64,000 nt of DNA, from positions 7,812,001-7,876,000 of the forward strand of contig CM097887.1 in assembly GCA_044892525.1 (NCBI GenBank), written 5' to 3'. This DNA comes from Schmidtea polychroa (taxonomy: Eukaryota). Of the stretch, positions 1 to 13,158 are shown in pieces; within the stretch, counting starts at the first letter, position 1, and each line of letters begins with the position of its first letter. The position numbers and the translations under genes are program-made. Below the pieces are notes generated by a model. That model did not search any database. It was not told where the DNA came from and worked only from the letters and a program-made list of their open reading frames with translations.

Positions 1-1650
1 AAATTTTTATCATTGATAGTCAACAGAAATATTGCCGCATCATCAAATGATAAATAAATATTCCACCTAATTGCCCACTCAACTTATTCCTCATATTTTT
101 ATCTGCATTTCTCAATGCTGGCATATCTTTATTTAATAATTCGATTTCTTCGGTCGACATACAATATAAATCTGATTTATTATTATAATAATTCTAAAAT
201 TAATAAAGTCACAAAATGTTTTCTTTAATTATGTAAATTTTCGTAACTACAAAATTGGTATATTTTTTTTTCTAATTTTTTATTCTAGAAACCAGTGTAT
301 GCCAAGGTAATGTATAAATATATTGGGTTTGAAAGGTTTTCGTACCAAAGGCAGATTGTGGCATGGGATAATTTTCATCCTCATTCCAGTATAATCAATA
401 TTTGAATTGTCTTGGTCATATTTTTATATTTTTTATAACTCCGGAACATTCTCTTATTATCTGAATCTTCAATTCCTAGCCATTTATCCATTTTAATTAT
501 ATTAATAAAGCAATTCGTAAACTAATGCAGAAAGTAGAAAATAAAAATAAATTATCCAATTTGAAATAAATGATTTATTTTTGGTAAAAATTAACTAAAA
601 CAACGTTATACAAAATACATAGGTTCTCAACTGTGATAAGCGAAGAATTTTATGATCGAATTGGAATTTATTGACAAAATTAATTTCCTACTCACTTCTA
701 TTTATCCATATTTTTCTAATAATGTTTTCAGCTCTAAACAAGTTATATCCGCATTTAATTAGTCATTTTTAGTGAATCGCACGTCATGTTTTCATTGCAT
801 CACATAACCTAAAGTTGCAATGCAGTTGGTGATAAATCACAAAATTTGAGAGCTAGAAAAGGCTTTGTTTATTTCTCTGATTCTCATTATTTATTATTGC
901 ACCTCATTCTCTCCATCTCATTATTAAAATTGCCAACGAAATTCGTCAATATTTCATATTACAAATGATCGGTAAATATACATGTAACCCTCCTACAATG
1001 CGGTACATTCCTAAAAAATGCCGCGTTGTTGGAAATCGCGTTATAGGAGACATTAACTCGATACAAAAATCAAAAATTGGTTTTAAATATCAAAATTGGT
1101 TTTTATATGGTATATATATATATATATATATATTTGTATTTATTTAATGAGTCATGACATAATTTGATAACAAATTATTTAATAAAACAAAAATAAAACC
1201 AAATTAAAAATAGAAATTCAAATTTACTTAATATTTAATAAATATAAACAAAAATAAAGTCACAACTTCTAACTCCCCTTCATCATTTAATATGATTTGA
1301 GTTTGTATCGAACATTCTGGTTGTGATCATCCTAGCTTGATCCACTATCAGATTCGAGTACCCTTTCGACGATTACTGGTTTAAAAAAATCTTATTGAAG
1401 TCTGTATGCTCTTTTTTCGTAAATCTTTATTAATTTCTTGATAGGCAGATAAGTTATTTTGAAAATTTCTTTTAAATATTTCTGCTCTATCCCTTAGACT
1501 CTAAGGCTTAGAGGATCGTTCTCTAAAATTTATTCTTCCAACTGCTTCGCCATATTTATAACTTACTCGATATTTTTTAGTGAAAAGTTTTTATTTTTTA
1601 CATCAGAAAGATTGTCAGCACTATCTCCAATCGATAATATTTCTAAATTC

Positions 1651-1839
1651 ACCTAGTAAACACCTAGGACACCATTGGCTTCAAATCCTAACATGAGTGA
1701 TTGAACTATTCCTACAATTAAGAAATCTATTTAGATTCGTGATTGCTACATAATGATAATTATTCTTTTCAATTAATAATAAATTTATAGGTGTTGCTCC
1801 TACTATCTTACTTCTGTAAATGATATCAAAAACGGGAAG
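1651..1839 (-). pseudogene. Fragment of a third protein-primed PolB N-terminal region
   Basis: DIIYRSKIVGATPINLLLIEKNNYHYVAITNLNRFLNC..THVRI*SQWCPRCL aligns with DIIHRSKVLNGTVINLLLLNKGNNFHYVAISNLNKLMNC..TRIRSLWCHRCL of the 33104-36916 ORF; in-frame TGA at 1681-1683. Confidence 0.85.
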
Positions 1840-2549
1840 CTTAATAAAGTAATTAAAAACTAAATAGTTAAAGGCAACAAAAATCAATAATTAATTAAGT
1901 CATAAGCAATTAATATAGTTGGAAAATTTAATTCAATAAAATATAATATTATATAGTATAATAAAAATTTCAATACAAATACTTTTGTAGTAAGAACCCT
2001 ATGGGGAGCTACTGAAATAAATAAAAAATGAATAAATAAATACAAGTATATTGTTGGGTTGATGGTCAAATAAATAATAAATAACCAGATTAATAACTTA
2101 AAATGTTTTTTCATGTTTTTAAAAATTTTTAATTCTCATTACAAAAATTTACAATAATATAATTACTGCCAAAATTTACAATATCATATTCTCTAATAAA
2201 ACCAAATCAAAATAAAATGAAAATTTACCAATCTGTCAATCCAAAAATCTTCCGAAAGGTAAAAATCTAAGTCCCGAAATTCGGTTGAAAAAATAGGTTA
2301 ATTGATTCGTGGGCTGATCGATTCTATCCTGTGTTTCTAATGAAATATTCTGAGAATGTCCTGGTTGTGAATGGCTCTAAAAATTTAAATAATCGTTGGG
2401 TTAACACTGTGTGTAAATAAAGACATCATGCTCTTACCTAAATAATCGTTGGGTTAACACTGAAATTTCTGCACACAGACGCGAGAACAATCAACCAACA
2501 AACTGCCAGTCAGAGGCAATCCCCCTCTGACTGGTCGATACATAACCAT

Positions 2550-3572
2550 CATTAAGAAAATAATAATAATAACAAAAATAAAATAAGGCCATTAAAATTC
2601 ATCATATAACAATAAAAACCATAAAAATAATAAATAATAAAAACACACTCTAACTGCGTCCTGATTGGACGGAAAATACTATATAAGGAATACATAAAAT
2701 CAGTTGATCACCACTTTAACAAAAAATATTACGGACTACCGAACAGGATCCATACAACGGAATACGACAATAACGATAGAACAGCCACTTCGATATTAAA
2801 GCTTTACTTAAAGGGACCAATTCATTTTCAACTATTTTTGAACATTCGATTCAGTTTCGGCATCCCAATATTGAATGAGAATACCCGGAACCCAAATGAC
2901 ATGGTCGCCAGGTGAATTTTCATTTATTTAGTTATTTTTGTGCTGATTTCCATTGGATTGAAGCGAATTGGGTCGATTTGTCCCTCATGACGGTGCAAGA
3001 GTAGTGGACAGCAATGCGTACTATCCTTGGGTGGGTCATGAGGTGTGAAGAAACTCTGATGAATGATAGAAATAGAGCATGATAATGACTTCGTCGAGTG
3101 CGATCGGTAGAATCTTCTCTATTAAGAAAATTAAGAAAAATCTCTACATTAAGAAAATAATAAAATAATAACAAAAATAAAATAAGGCCATTAAAATTCA
3201 TCATATAACAATAAAAACCATAAAAATAACAATAAATAATAAAAACATACCCTAGCTGCGTCCTGATTGGACGGAAAATACTATATAAGGAATACATAAA
3301 ATCAGTTGATCACCACTTTAACAAAAAATATTAGAGACTACCGAACAGGATCCATACAATAACGACAATAACGACAATAATACGACAATAACGATAGGAC
3401 AGCCACTTCGATATTAAAGCTTCATTTTCAACTATTTTTGAACATTCGATTCAGTTTCGGCATCCCAATATTGAATGAGAATACCCGGAACCCAAATGAC
3501 ATGGTCGCCAGGTGAATTTTCATTTATTTAGTTATTTTTGTGCTGATTTTCATTGGATTGAAGCGAATTGGG
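2550..3572 (+). repeat. Direct repeat pair of ~425 bp (2550-2972 and 3147-3572), each carrying a CCAAT+TATA module
   Basis: Near-identical sequence from cattaagaaaataat to gaagcgaattggg in both copies; each contains ctgattggacggaaaatactatataag. Confidence 0.9.
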
Positions 3573-3681
3573 AAGCTAATATACAAATAAAAAATGAATC
3601 AAACACCGACGACTTCTAATATTTAGGTCACATACAAAATAAAAATGAATTGACTAAGTTAAGTAAATTGTCGTCCCACAA

Positions 3682-4047
3682 TCACGCTGGTTGCTTGCGG
3701 GGCCTCCATCTCTTTCGTGGAGTTGTCTCGGCTTCTTCGAGTTCCTCCAGGGATACTCCCTCCCTCTTGGCCCGAATTTGCAATTCGATTTTTCTAAGCC
3801 GGACCTGAGCGGCTTCCACATCACTGGCCGCTTGATCGCGAGCCTCTTGCAACGTGTTGTTTTCCGGCTCCGTTTTTACCCACGCCGGGGCATCTGGTTC
3901 TGGGCCCTTCCGGATCACTCGATTTGTGCAATCCAGGTCCCGTCCCTGGCTCCACCGATGGATGTGGTACCAAATGTACCGGGTACGGAGTCGAGTGATC
4001 ATTTGCTGGTTGGTTTCCTCGTCGCTGCTATAGTTTGATTGGGACAT
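3682..4047 (-). CDS. Unknown family A protein (121 aa from the ATG at 4047); helical, C-terminal basic NLS-like motif
   Basis: GC-rich open frame; RLRTRYIWYHIHRW matches RLRSRWIWYKIHDW at 63234-63692; ends PRKRWRPRK; acceptor ctgcAG lies 2 nt before the ATG. Confidence 0.65.
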   Translation of the reverse strand: MSQSNYSSDEETNQQMITRLRTRYIWYHIHRWSQGRDLDCTNRVIRKGPEPDAPAWVKTEPENNTLQEARDQAASDVEAAQVRLRKIELQIRAKREGVSLEELEEAETTPRKRWRPRKQPA

Positions 4048-5636
4048 ACCTGCAGTATAACTATTAAGATCGAGCATAACCCATGTGACTTATACATTGA
4101 TGTCACAATAGAACATGTGGACACAATACTTTAGCTACTGGATTTATGATAATTAATCCTAATGCTGCTAACCTACAATTTGGATTTGATTTATCAATAT
4201 ATTCTTAATTAACTACTAGACTCATTATAATTAGCACTAATACTGCTAACCTAAAATTTGGGTTTCATACTTTATGATTTTATATTTATAATTTTGTACT
4301 CTACCTTTTTTGAGCTTCTAGTCAGCTTTACATGACTTTTTATGAGTTACTTCTATGGGATCATCTTAGTTATCCAAAATGCTTTCGGTTTTGTTGGTAA
4401 CTACTCATAAATTATATTTCCTGAAGTTCTACATTTATATTTAATTAGTTATAAAAAATTTTATACACAAAATTTATAATTTCTAATCGGGATTTACTAT
4501 TCATAAACTATATTTCCTGAAGTTCACATTAGTTATAAAAATTTCTATAAACCAAATCTAGAATTTTAATCGGGATTTATCCATTAATGATTTACATCAA
4601 TATAATTATATCTAAGATCATATAGTTATTTATATAAATTATGACTAAGTCTTTATACATTCATGAATATTTTAAAGTGGGAATTCGAAATTTAACCTTT
4701 CGGATTTAGAACATCTATATTTACATTGAATTAACCTATCTAGATTGAGTTATACTTATAAGTATGCCGAATATCTCTCTTATTTCTATTACTTTATCAT
4801 AAACTCCTATTACAAAATCTAATTCGGCATATGTCTAGGTATAACTGAGATTGCTATTACTGATCAACCAACTACATGAGTGTGAGTGCAGAATTGTGTA
4901 AGTTTAGGTATGAGTTCTACTCGGATTAAGACCTTAGTGTAGAGATGTTGTTCATGATTTTAAATGTTGATTTTAATTGTGTATTAAGCAAAAGGCCGGG
5001 AAGAATATTGCTTCCATGGCCTCACTGTGACCACTTCGACAAACCTTAATGTTATATGCTAAGTCAACCATTTACGGCTGACCTTTAATAAATACGAAAG
5101 TCAGACGGAGGGTTTCCTCGACCTAACTCCATGGCCGGACCATGAAGTAGTTCGACCTCCGAAGGACCCGAACAAAAAGATTCATATAATATGCGATCAT
5201 TATAATATTAATAATGCATGTCTGCATGTCCTATAAATTTTAATAAATTGGATGTAGGACTGAACAACGACGCAGGAATACCAGTACGCCGTTGAACATT
5301 CGTACATCACTTAAAAAAAAATAAAATTAAGAAACATCAAAATATGAAATTACTTTAATCTCAACATAGATAAATCGTAACTACAAAATAAAAAATTTAA
5401 TCATAGGTACTCACTGTTTATGTTAGAAAGGTTTCGTTCAAAATTTGGCATAAAAGATTGATTTGTGACCGAAACGTGTCGGTATATATACCTATTTTGT
5501 ACACGTGTGGAGCCAGGGACGTTTGTTTATAAGAATAGAAAAATCAGTTATTAATAAAATCATTAAAAATAATAAAGAAAACATAAGAAAAGAATAAAAA
5601 AGAGAAAAAATGATTAAAAATACAATAATACAACCG

Positions 5637-5672
5637 TACTGGATTCTGATTGGACAGAATCCAGTATATAAG
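5637..5672 (+). promoter_or_regulatory. CCAAT-box + TATA module inside a perfect 12-bp inverted repeat
   Basis: TACTGGATTCTG-attgga-CAGAATCCAGTA followed by tataag; same CTGATTGGAC..TATATAAG layout as at ~2660, ~3263 and ~11849-11876 (minus). Confidence 0.55.
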
Positions 5673-5789
5673 AAAATAGAGCGGCTAATTCCCTCAGTAA
5701 TACAATTTTTAACCACAGTACAACGAATTTTCCAATCTAGCAATTATCAAACAGGACAGCGAAATAATTAACCGATAACAAATTTATTG

Positions 5790-7600
5790 CGGACCAATAG
5801 TTTTCAGCACCAGTATATCATGTAAAGTTTTATTTCTTTTATTATCGTAGTTATGCATTTTTTTATTATCATGATACTTGTAATAATATTGAATTAATCA
5901 TTAAAATCTTGTTCTCTATTCTTTTGGATATATTATTTATGAAATGATATATTTAATATGACATATGATGAAATAATTTATTTAATGATGATAATGAAAT
6001 GGTTTCTTTAACGACTAAAGGATCTATTTAGTGATATGATAAAACGAATAATGCAGATGAAGAGAACAGTGTTTGGGAATTTATTTAATGCCAGTAGGAC
6101 GTTTGTATAGATATGATGAGTGGTAGAATTACAGAGAGAGGCATCCGGAAAAATTCTATGAGATTAAATCGCTCGACCTGGCTCAAATCCGAAGCGAGAA
6201 AATATGAAGACCATTCAGGGAATTGATAGATCGAACTATTCGGATAAATTAGAAATAGATAAGGAGTATTAATGATAAGAGTGTAGGAATGATTTGATGT
6301 CGATGAGGTATTGAACTTGAATTATGATTATTGGGTAGAGTAGGGATTTGGAGAATAGTGACACAGCGAGATTTTTGGGAATCTGGATGTGTGGAACTGG
6401 AGGATCAAATAATGTAGGGTATGGTCAGTAGGAGAGTTGAACTTCACGGCCAGAGATTATGATTGAGGTACCAACAATTTCAGTAGAAGTAGCCAGATAG
6501 CTGTCATGATGTAGCGTTATAATATCATAGGGTTGTAGTGACGTAAATGAGTAAAAAACTACTATCCGAACGATCTAGATTTCAGAATTATAAATTTGAA
6601 TTTTATTATTTTACTTACTTTAAATTGTTTTTTTTATAATGAGTGGTGACATGATTAGCTAGGAGGACGTCTGGAACTGTTGATACTTGTATCGATATGG
6701 CACCGATCGTCTTGCTGGATGATTGGTCATGGGAATTGAGAAAAACTTTGGAGGGATGTAAGTGAAATTGAAGGATCGAATGGACGATCAGGGATCACGA
6801 GAACTTCTTTTTTGAACCATTTATCTTGTAAGAAGAAAAACTTCTGTAGGCCAACAAACTCATTCCCTAGTTCTCTAATTTGTACTTTTAGAGGTTTGAT
6901 CGCCAACTCGTCGATGGCCGTCATAGCATAATCGCATATCCATCTTCTTGTAAACACTCTGGAAGGTTCCGATCTTGCTCGTGATAAGAATCATTTGTAA
7001 TCGGCTTGTAAATATCCAGTAGGCATTCGTGTAAACAAATGATGACAGATGATAATGAGAAATCTCAAAACCTGCGATAGGCTTTTACCCGAGTCAACGA
7101 CGAAAAGTGTAATTATAAATTTTGAATCAACATCAGATAGCACTAGAGATAAGCGATGTCTGAAGGAAAATGGATGACAGAAATTCATATAAATATTTAG
7201 ACACCATTACCCGAAATAGCAGGAATTCTCCAACAGTGAATAAAATCCGTGAGAATCACATAAACATGTACGCGTCGATGAGAACATCCCTCACATATAG
7301 AGATGACAGGTGTTTATTCCCACACTTCTCCTAGCGAGCATTCACATTTAGAGGATTTTGACGATTTCTCGATTGTATACACTCCATTGAGTGAATAGTA
7401 GCGACAGTAGAAGACCAAAACGATATAGATTCTGACGACGTAATGAAATCTGGTAACCTACACAGATATTTAGAATTCTATCACACACCTACTTATGTCA
7501 CGTCGAAGTATTACGTTACAATTCGACTCGATGACACCGAATGCAATAATCCAAATTCTAATCACACTGTCGCTCTAATATCTGTCGATCTAGGATAAAC
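5790..7600 (-). pseudogene. Degenerate Cys-rich, possibly glycoprotein/env-like gene (family C)
   Basis: Stop- and frameshift-broken coding-like sequence with Cys clusters (KCECSLG, ICEGCSH), N-glycosylation sequons (NTS, NHS) and patchy similarity to 9975-11150 (RIPAIS/HLPAIS, SGKSL/SGKAM). Confidence 0.3.
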
Positions 7601-8536
7601 TAGCTTCTGAAAACTTTATTAGACGCCCTCGCGGAAAGTCCAAAAGGTTATTGCGATAGATGTATAGAACATTAGGATAAATAATCTTTGTTATCCTCCG
7701 TGCAGGTTTAACTGTGGCAAAACTTAAATCATACTAGACTAAATAAATTAATGGTTGAGGATCCAAATTCTGAAAATTGCCACTAGGATAAATAAATTAA
7801 CTTTTATAATTTAAATTTGGACAAATAAATTAATTTTAGAGTTTTAGAAATCATTTGTTAAGGACTAAATTTTAAGAAATAAAAATTAGGGAAACGAGCA
7901 GAAATTCAAGTAATAATTTTAAGAAATACATTCTAGCTACCAATTTAGGAAATGAATCTAGCCAGCAAATTTTACGAAATAAACTTAAGTGATGTTGGCA
8001 TATGAGGGAGAAGAAAACTCATACATACATAACCATTAACATACCAGACCTCATTGGTTAGCTCAGGCACTTCCCATGCATACGCCAAATGATCATTCAC
8101 ATATTCCCACGCATGAGCCCGTGGTGATGTTCCACGTTGGTAGTGCCCATACGGGTCGGAGCTGACTAACAGGTGAGCCCCTATCTTAGGACTATTGATA
8201 GCCCGCTCGCGGTTCAGGTTCACTGGTGCCTTAGAAGGACTTACCCCTATTCATGCTTCAGTCTTGGTCCGATCCTGGTCCAAGGGAACGACCGTTAGCC
8301 TAACTGCTTTCCTTCCACAACACTAAATCATTTATCCTCAAAACCAAACATATGAAAATCTTTATAAAACAGAACCAAACCCAAACAAATATATTAACAC
8401 CGAAACGAAAAATGAAAAAATACATCATCACACTTATTAGTACGACATCATACAAACAATTTGGATGCACAATATTAGCGAAGGTTATCAGTCAATTCAT
8501 GACTCGAAATACATTTAGGATCACTCGCAAGCCGTT

Positions 8537-9298
8537 TTAGTTAAAGTTTTCTCCGTCGGCAATTATCTCATCGATATCTACAGGTAATCTACAATCTGAG
8601 ATAAACTTGATGCCATTAGCCGGAATGATACGGAAAACTTCTTTCGAGGGAATCGAATGAGTGGTGGATATCTCTGCTATTTTCGTCTGCGCTGCAAACA
8701 AAGAAGCTTCGAGCGCCTTCATTGCATTTCTTCGTTTCTTAGTCTTCTCGGCCCTGGTTGGGTGTTTACGTTTGCGGGGTGGCGGATTCCCTCCAACAGC
8801 GGTAGAGACTGTGGGTGCCACTAGAATCGGGGCCAGAATTGGGTCAGATGGACCGCCTTTCATAGGTGAGTATCCTGACAGCACTGGGGCTGGGATGGGC
8901 GGTAGATGTGAACCGTGCCCTTGACATGTTATAGTAGGAGTTGTAGATAACTGATGATGGAGAGGAAAGACATTCGATCCATCCAATACGGGATGTTCGC
9001 GTACCCGCTTTGCTATTTCTGCCTCCGTGTAGACCTTATGGAGGGCTTCTGATTGTGCTTTTATTGTGAGCCTTTGGCATCGGCTTTCTTCCAGTAGGCT
9101 GTCCCTACAGTGCTCTAACCTGAGGATCTTAGCCTTTTCCTCCTTCATCTGTGGCGGGGAGAACCACGTTCCTTCATACAGATCTATCCTCTTCTTGAGG
9201 GCCCCTATATATAAATGAAGTTGAGCGATGTCCGAATTCTTGTCAGCGCAAGAGAAACACGGACGAAGTTCTTTGACTTTATTGGATGGTGCTGTCAT
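8537..9298 (-). CDS. Unknown family B protein (253 aa): CxxC, coiled coil, EGTWF motif, Pro-rich linker, NLS-like motif
   Basis: Intact GC-rich ORF; LRPCFSCADKN, YEGTWFSPPQMKE, HCRDSLLEESR and PPPRKRKHP; homologues at 13159, 48915 and 62345; acceptor ttttctAG directly before the ATG. Confidence 0.75.
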   Translation of the reverse strand: MTAPSNKVKELRPCFSCADKNSDIAQLHLYIGALKKRIDLYEGTWFSPPQMKEEKAKILRLEHCRDSLLEESRCQRLTIKAQSEALHKVYTEAEIAKRVREHPVLDGSNVFPLHHQLSTTPTITCQGHGSHLPPIPAPVLSGYSPMKGGPSDPILAPILVAPTVSTAVGGNPPPRKRKHPTRAEKTKKRRNAMKALEASLFAAQTKIAEISTTHSIPSKEVFRIIPANGIKFISDCRLPVDIDEIIADGENFN

Positions 9299-9974
9299 CT
9301 AGAAAATAAATCATGGTTCATACTAAATTGCGATACTTATTAAGGCATCCAGTGCAAGAATTTATTGGTTATAAGTCTGTAATCTTCACGAAGTGTTTTG
9401 ATTAATAAATTTTTACGCTATTAATGTCTCAGCTTAGTTTTCCCTAGTAATCCGTTTTAATGGTTTAAATGTATCTAGTTCCGAGTTCTATCGAGAAACT
9501 AAACTCAAAGATTTCACCCATCATACCACGCCACAGCATACAATAAAACAACTTGTCTTCACATAATTCAACACTCCTCATTCACTCATTTATGAAACAA
9601 CATTCCGATCGATTTATTAATTCAAGAGAATGGAGAGAAGAAAACGGGGAATCCTCGATTTCAACTTGTTTGATATTAAATTCACATTTTACCCTCGGGT
9701 CGAATAACTCCTACTTATGGCATTTTTGTTGGCTACTATAGTTAAATATTCTCGTTCGTAACAATAGAAAGGAATAGCATCCAAATCTTTGGGGATTGCA
9801 GTTTATTAATTTGTACCTACTTATTATTGCTAAATCGCATGAAAATTCATCTCTGCTCATGGTGCATTGTTATTACTAATTTACATAAAAGAACTTTAAA
9901 ATACATATTATTAGATAATTATATTATAAATTAAATTCAAAAAATTCCTTTTAACAACGCGCTATTTCTATCGT

Positions 9975-11150
9975 CATGGTGACGCCTACTTGGGGATGTG
10001 TGTATTATTCTTACATTTATTAACTGAGTCGGTATGCATTGTTGGAGTAACTCCACCTTGTGCTTCCATGTGTGGCTGTTTCCATATGATAGTGGAGACA
10101 ATTCGACGTCGTATCAAATCACAGTGGAGACGATCTGCTCTTTGTTCATACACACCAGCCTACCAACTCAGGGAATTACGAGTAAGTCACGATCTAATTA
10201 TGACGTCACAGCCAAATTCCAATGCCAAGAGTACTCTGCTATCTTACTGGAAGACAATTCACGATGGAGTGTGTAGGTGTATGCAGTTACGAAACGCAAA
10301 TGATTGGAATTATCACTAAATGTTCTACGAGCATCAACCTGGAATAGTACGTAGTAATCCGGTGAGCAATAACTGGGCTAGAATTTTTAATCTGCTTCGA
10401 TCATTACACGGCCAGTACAAGACAATGTCTACCCACGCGTCAACTAGATTATTCATCGTGGAAATTTATTATCAGTGTTATCTGGTTTCGTTGGTCATTC
10501 AATTCGATCAGTTATCATCTGCCTGCAATTTCTCAAGTCACTGATAACTCCTACAGTGGTCCCTCAATTCAGTCAGTGATCGATCGATAAATCTGTCAGC
10601 GATTTCTGTCATTTCACCGTGAGAAATCTGATAACTTCTCCTACTTATTTACTTTATTTTCAGGAAAAGCGATGTTTACCAGCAATTCGAATCTAATCAT
10701 CTAACTTAAAAGGGCATTCGTCGACGGGTTTCATCGCTAACGTGCCGACGGTTCAGATTCTACTGTTATACCGAGGAAAGCAGTACTCTACGAAATTTAC
10801 TGGATTTATACTCAGAGCTTTGTCGTCAACATTCTCGTTCACTATCCCGACTGACGGGTTGACCGTTATGAAGAAATTTCGCTGAACTATATGGATTCTT
10901 AATACGTTGATGAAATTGTCAATCTCAATTCTGAACTGTCTTTGGTTCGCAACTTAAATCTCCTCAACTATTATTGGAAGTATCGATATGACTTGTTGAA
11001 GCTATGGAATCTACTAAGAACGATGCGAGCTCGGTGAAGGAATTCCATCTTTCAGCATGTTATTCTAACCTACTGAGCCTCTACACCCCTCACAACACAC
11101 CCAAGAAGGCAATCATCTCTGCCGCCGTTCTTGGACGGTCATGAGGGACC
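9975..11150 (+). pseudogene. Degenerate family C Cys-rich gene with signal-peptide-like start
   Basis: MCVLFLHLLTESVCIVG followed by a Cys-rich segment; downstream frames broken by stops; weak similarity to 5790-7600. Confidence 0.35.
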
Positions 11151-11848
11151 AGTCGACTCTTTCGCATTCAGCAATTTAATAACAAATTTCAGATATAAAT
11201 AATAATAATAGAACAAATAATAATCAAGTAAATGAATCAAATTACTGGCGACCATATCGTCTGAGTTCCAAGTATGATGCTTTCTCATTTTCCAACCAAA
11301 TATTCCCTTACAGTATTAGCATCGCATTTATTATTATCACTTGCTCCCGTCCCAATATCTTCGCAACATCTCTTGGCTACATATCATAAGGCTCCTCGTG
11401 GCTACTTCCTCCATTTGGCATCATACTTGAAATCATCAGAAGGTACAGTCGTCGGCACCATGAAGAAAGGCAGGTTCTGTTTTTAAATAAATTTATTGAA
11501 TAAATTGTTCTTGTTATTTACCAAATTTAATATCAATTATAAATATCTACTAAATTTCATCATATCCATCATAAAATCAAACCAAAAATATCCTAACATA
11601 CCTCGAAATTAAATAACTGGATTAAATCGGTTAAAGTTTTTCCCGAATAATGTTGTTAATAGTTCGCTATCCGTTTCTTCCTCGAATCAAATTAGTTGTC
11701 TTTGAATTAGTCCTCTGTAGTGATTTGTGAATAAAGTCTCGAAACCTGTAAAGTCTGTAGAGTTTTTGATTAAAGTGGTCGAAAAACTTAACAAATTTTA
11801 CCTGTAGAGTTTTTGATTAAAGTGGTACTCTACTAATTTTTAGCGTTT

Positions 11849-11876
11849 CTTATATACTATTTTCCGTCCAATCAGG
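11849..11876 (-). promoter_or_regulatory. CCAAT + TATA module (fourth copy)
   Basis: Reverse complement cctgattggacggaaaatagtatataag is nearly identical to the module in the 2550/3147 repeats. Confidence 0.55.
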
Positions 11877-13158
11877 ACTCAGTTAGGTTGTAATTTTTTA
11901 TATTTATTATTATTTAATGTTTTTATTATAATATATTAACCTTTAATAACTTAACTTATTTCTTATTATTATTTTATTTATTTTTCTTATTCTTATTATT
12001 TTTCTCTTGTTTTTCCTGCTGATTTATGGTTACTTTATTGCTATATGATTTTTTTGTTTTAATTAAGCTTAAAGATATTTTTATTTTTATTTATTGCTTT
12101 AATTTCTCGTTTATTTTCTCTCACTTTTTTGCTTATTCTGTTTTTACTTTATCCACTGTGTTTTAACTCCTTTCTCTTATGTCCTATTTCTAATTCTTAA
12201 GGGTTTTATTTATTTATTACCTATCCTATTTCTTTTTATGGGTATTTTATTGTTTCCCTATTTACTATTGAGGTATGATGGTAATTTTATTTTTACTATA
12301 TTTCGTTTATTTTTCGCGGTTCGTTTCCCGATTTAACCCAGTTTCTCCCTACTTCAAAACTTAGCCCAACAGTGACAAGTTAACGAATAAATACAAGTGA
12401 CACATTTAAGAAATGAGTTTACATCTTCAAATTTTAACAAACTAGCTTGAGAATTAAAGTTGAGAGATAGGAGTACGGTGATTTTTGGATCGAAACTCTA
12501 CTTCCGTCAACCCAATTTTGAATAAAATTACCTAAATTAATGACAATGAAAATTCTTATTACGAATAAAACCCAGGCGAAACTATTGTATGATGTTGAAT
12601 TTCGACTTAACCCTTAACCCTCACGAATTTTTCAGCTTCAATCAAAATGTCAGATGAATTTTTTTTTGTTTAAACGAACGATTGACGAAATTCTATTTGC
12701 CTACTTTTAATAACAAATGAATGACACAAACTATTATTTTTATAAATGGGTGATATAATTTATTCGAATATTCTCGAGAATGACTGAATAATATAATCTA
12801 TTGGGAAATTTTGAAGGACGATTTAGCGATATAATTTCTTCGTTTTATTAGGATGATTGCATTTTATAATTTATTTTAAATATTGTAATAATGGTAAATT
12901 ATTTAAATATTTCATGCCTGGTCACATAATATAACTTATTTAAATCTTCCTAAACTAGTAAGTTGAAATATCAACATAAAATAAAATAATGATAATGGGA
13001 TAATGAGCCTATGGCTGGTATCGTCAACAATACGAGATCTCTCGGGTGCGAATGTATGGGGAATTCATTTTCTGTTATCGACGATCATAGAGAACAATCA
13101 GATACTATAGCATTTTACTGTTGCATGAATTTATTATTACTACTTATTTACTTTAGAA

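Noticed and set aside
3047-3130. Possible hammerhead ribozyme (CTGATGA..GAAA)
   Set aside because: No stem II, and the strands that should form stem I do not pair.
7972-8223. 83-aa GC-richer ORF between families B and C
   Set aside because: No ATG-supported start or homologue in the window; may be a remnant but cannot be supported.
12605-12625. Telomere-like or piggyBac-end ttaacccttaaccc, with possible partner at ~20823-20836
   Set aside because: Only two units; similarity to the partner is too short to define an element and no transposase lies between them.
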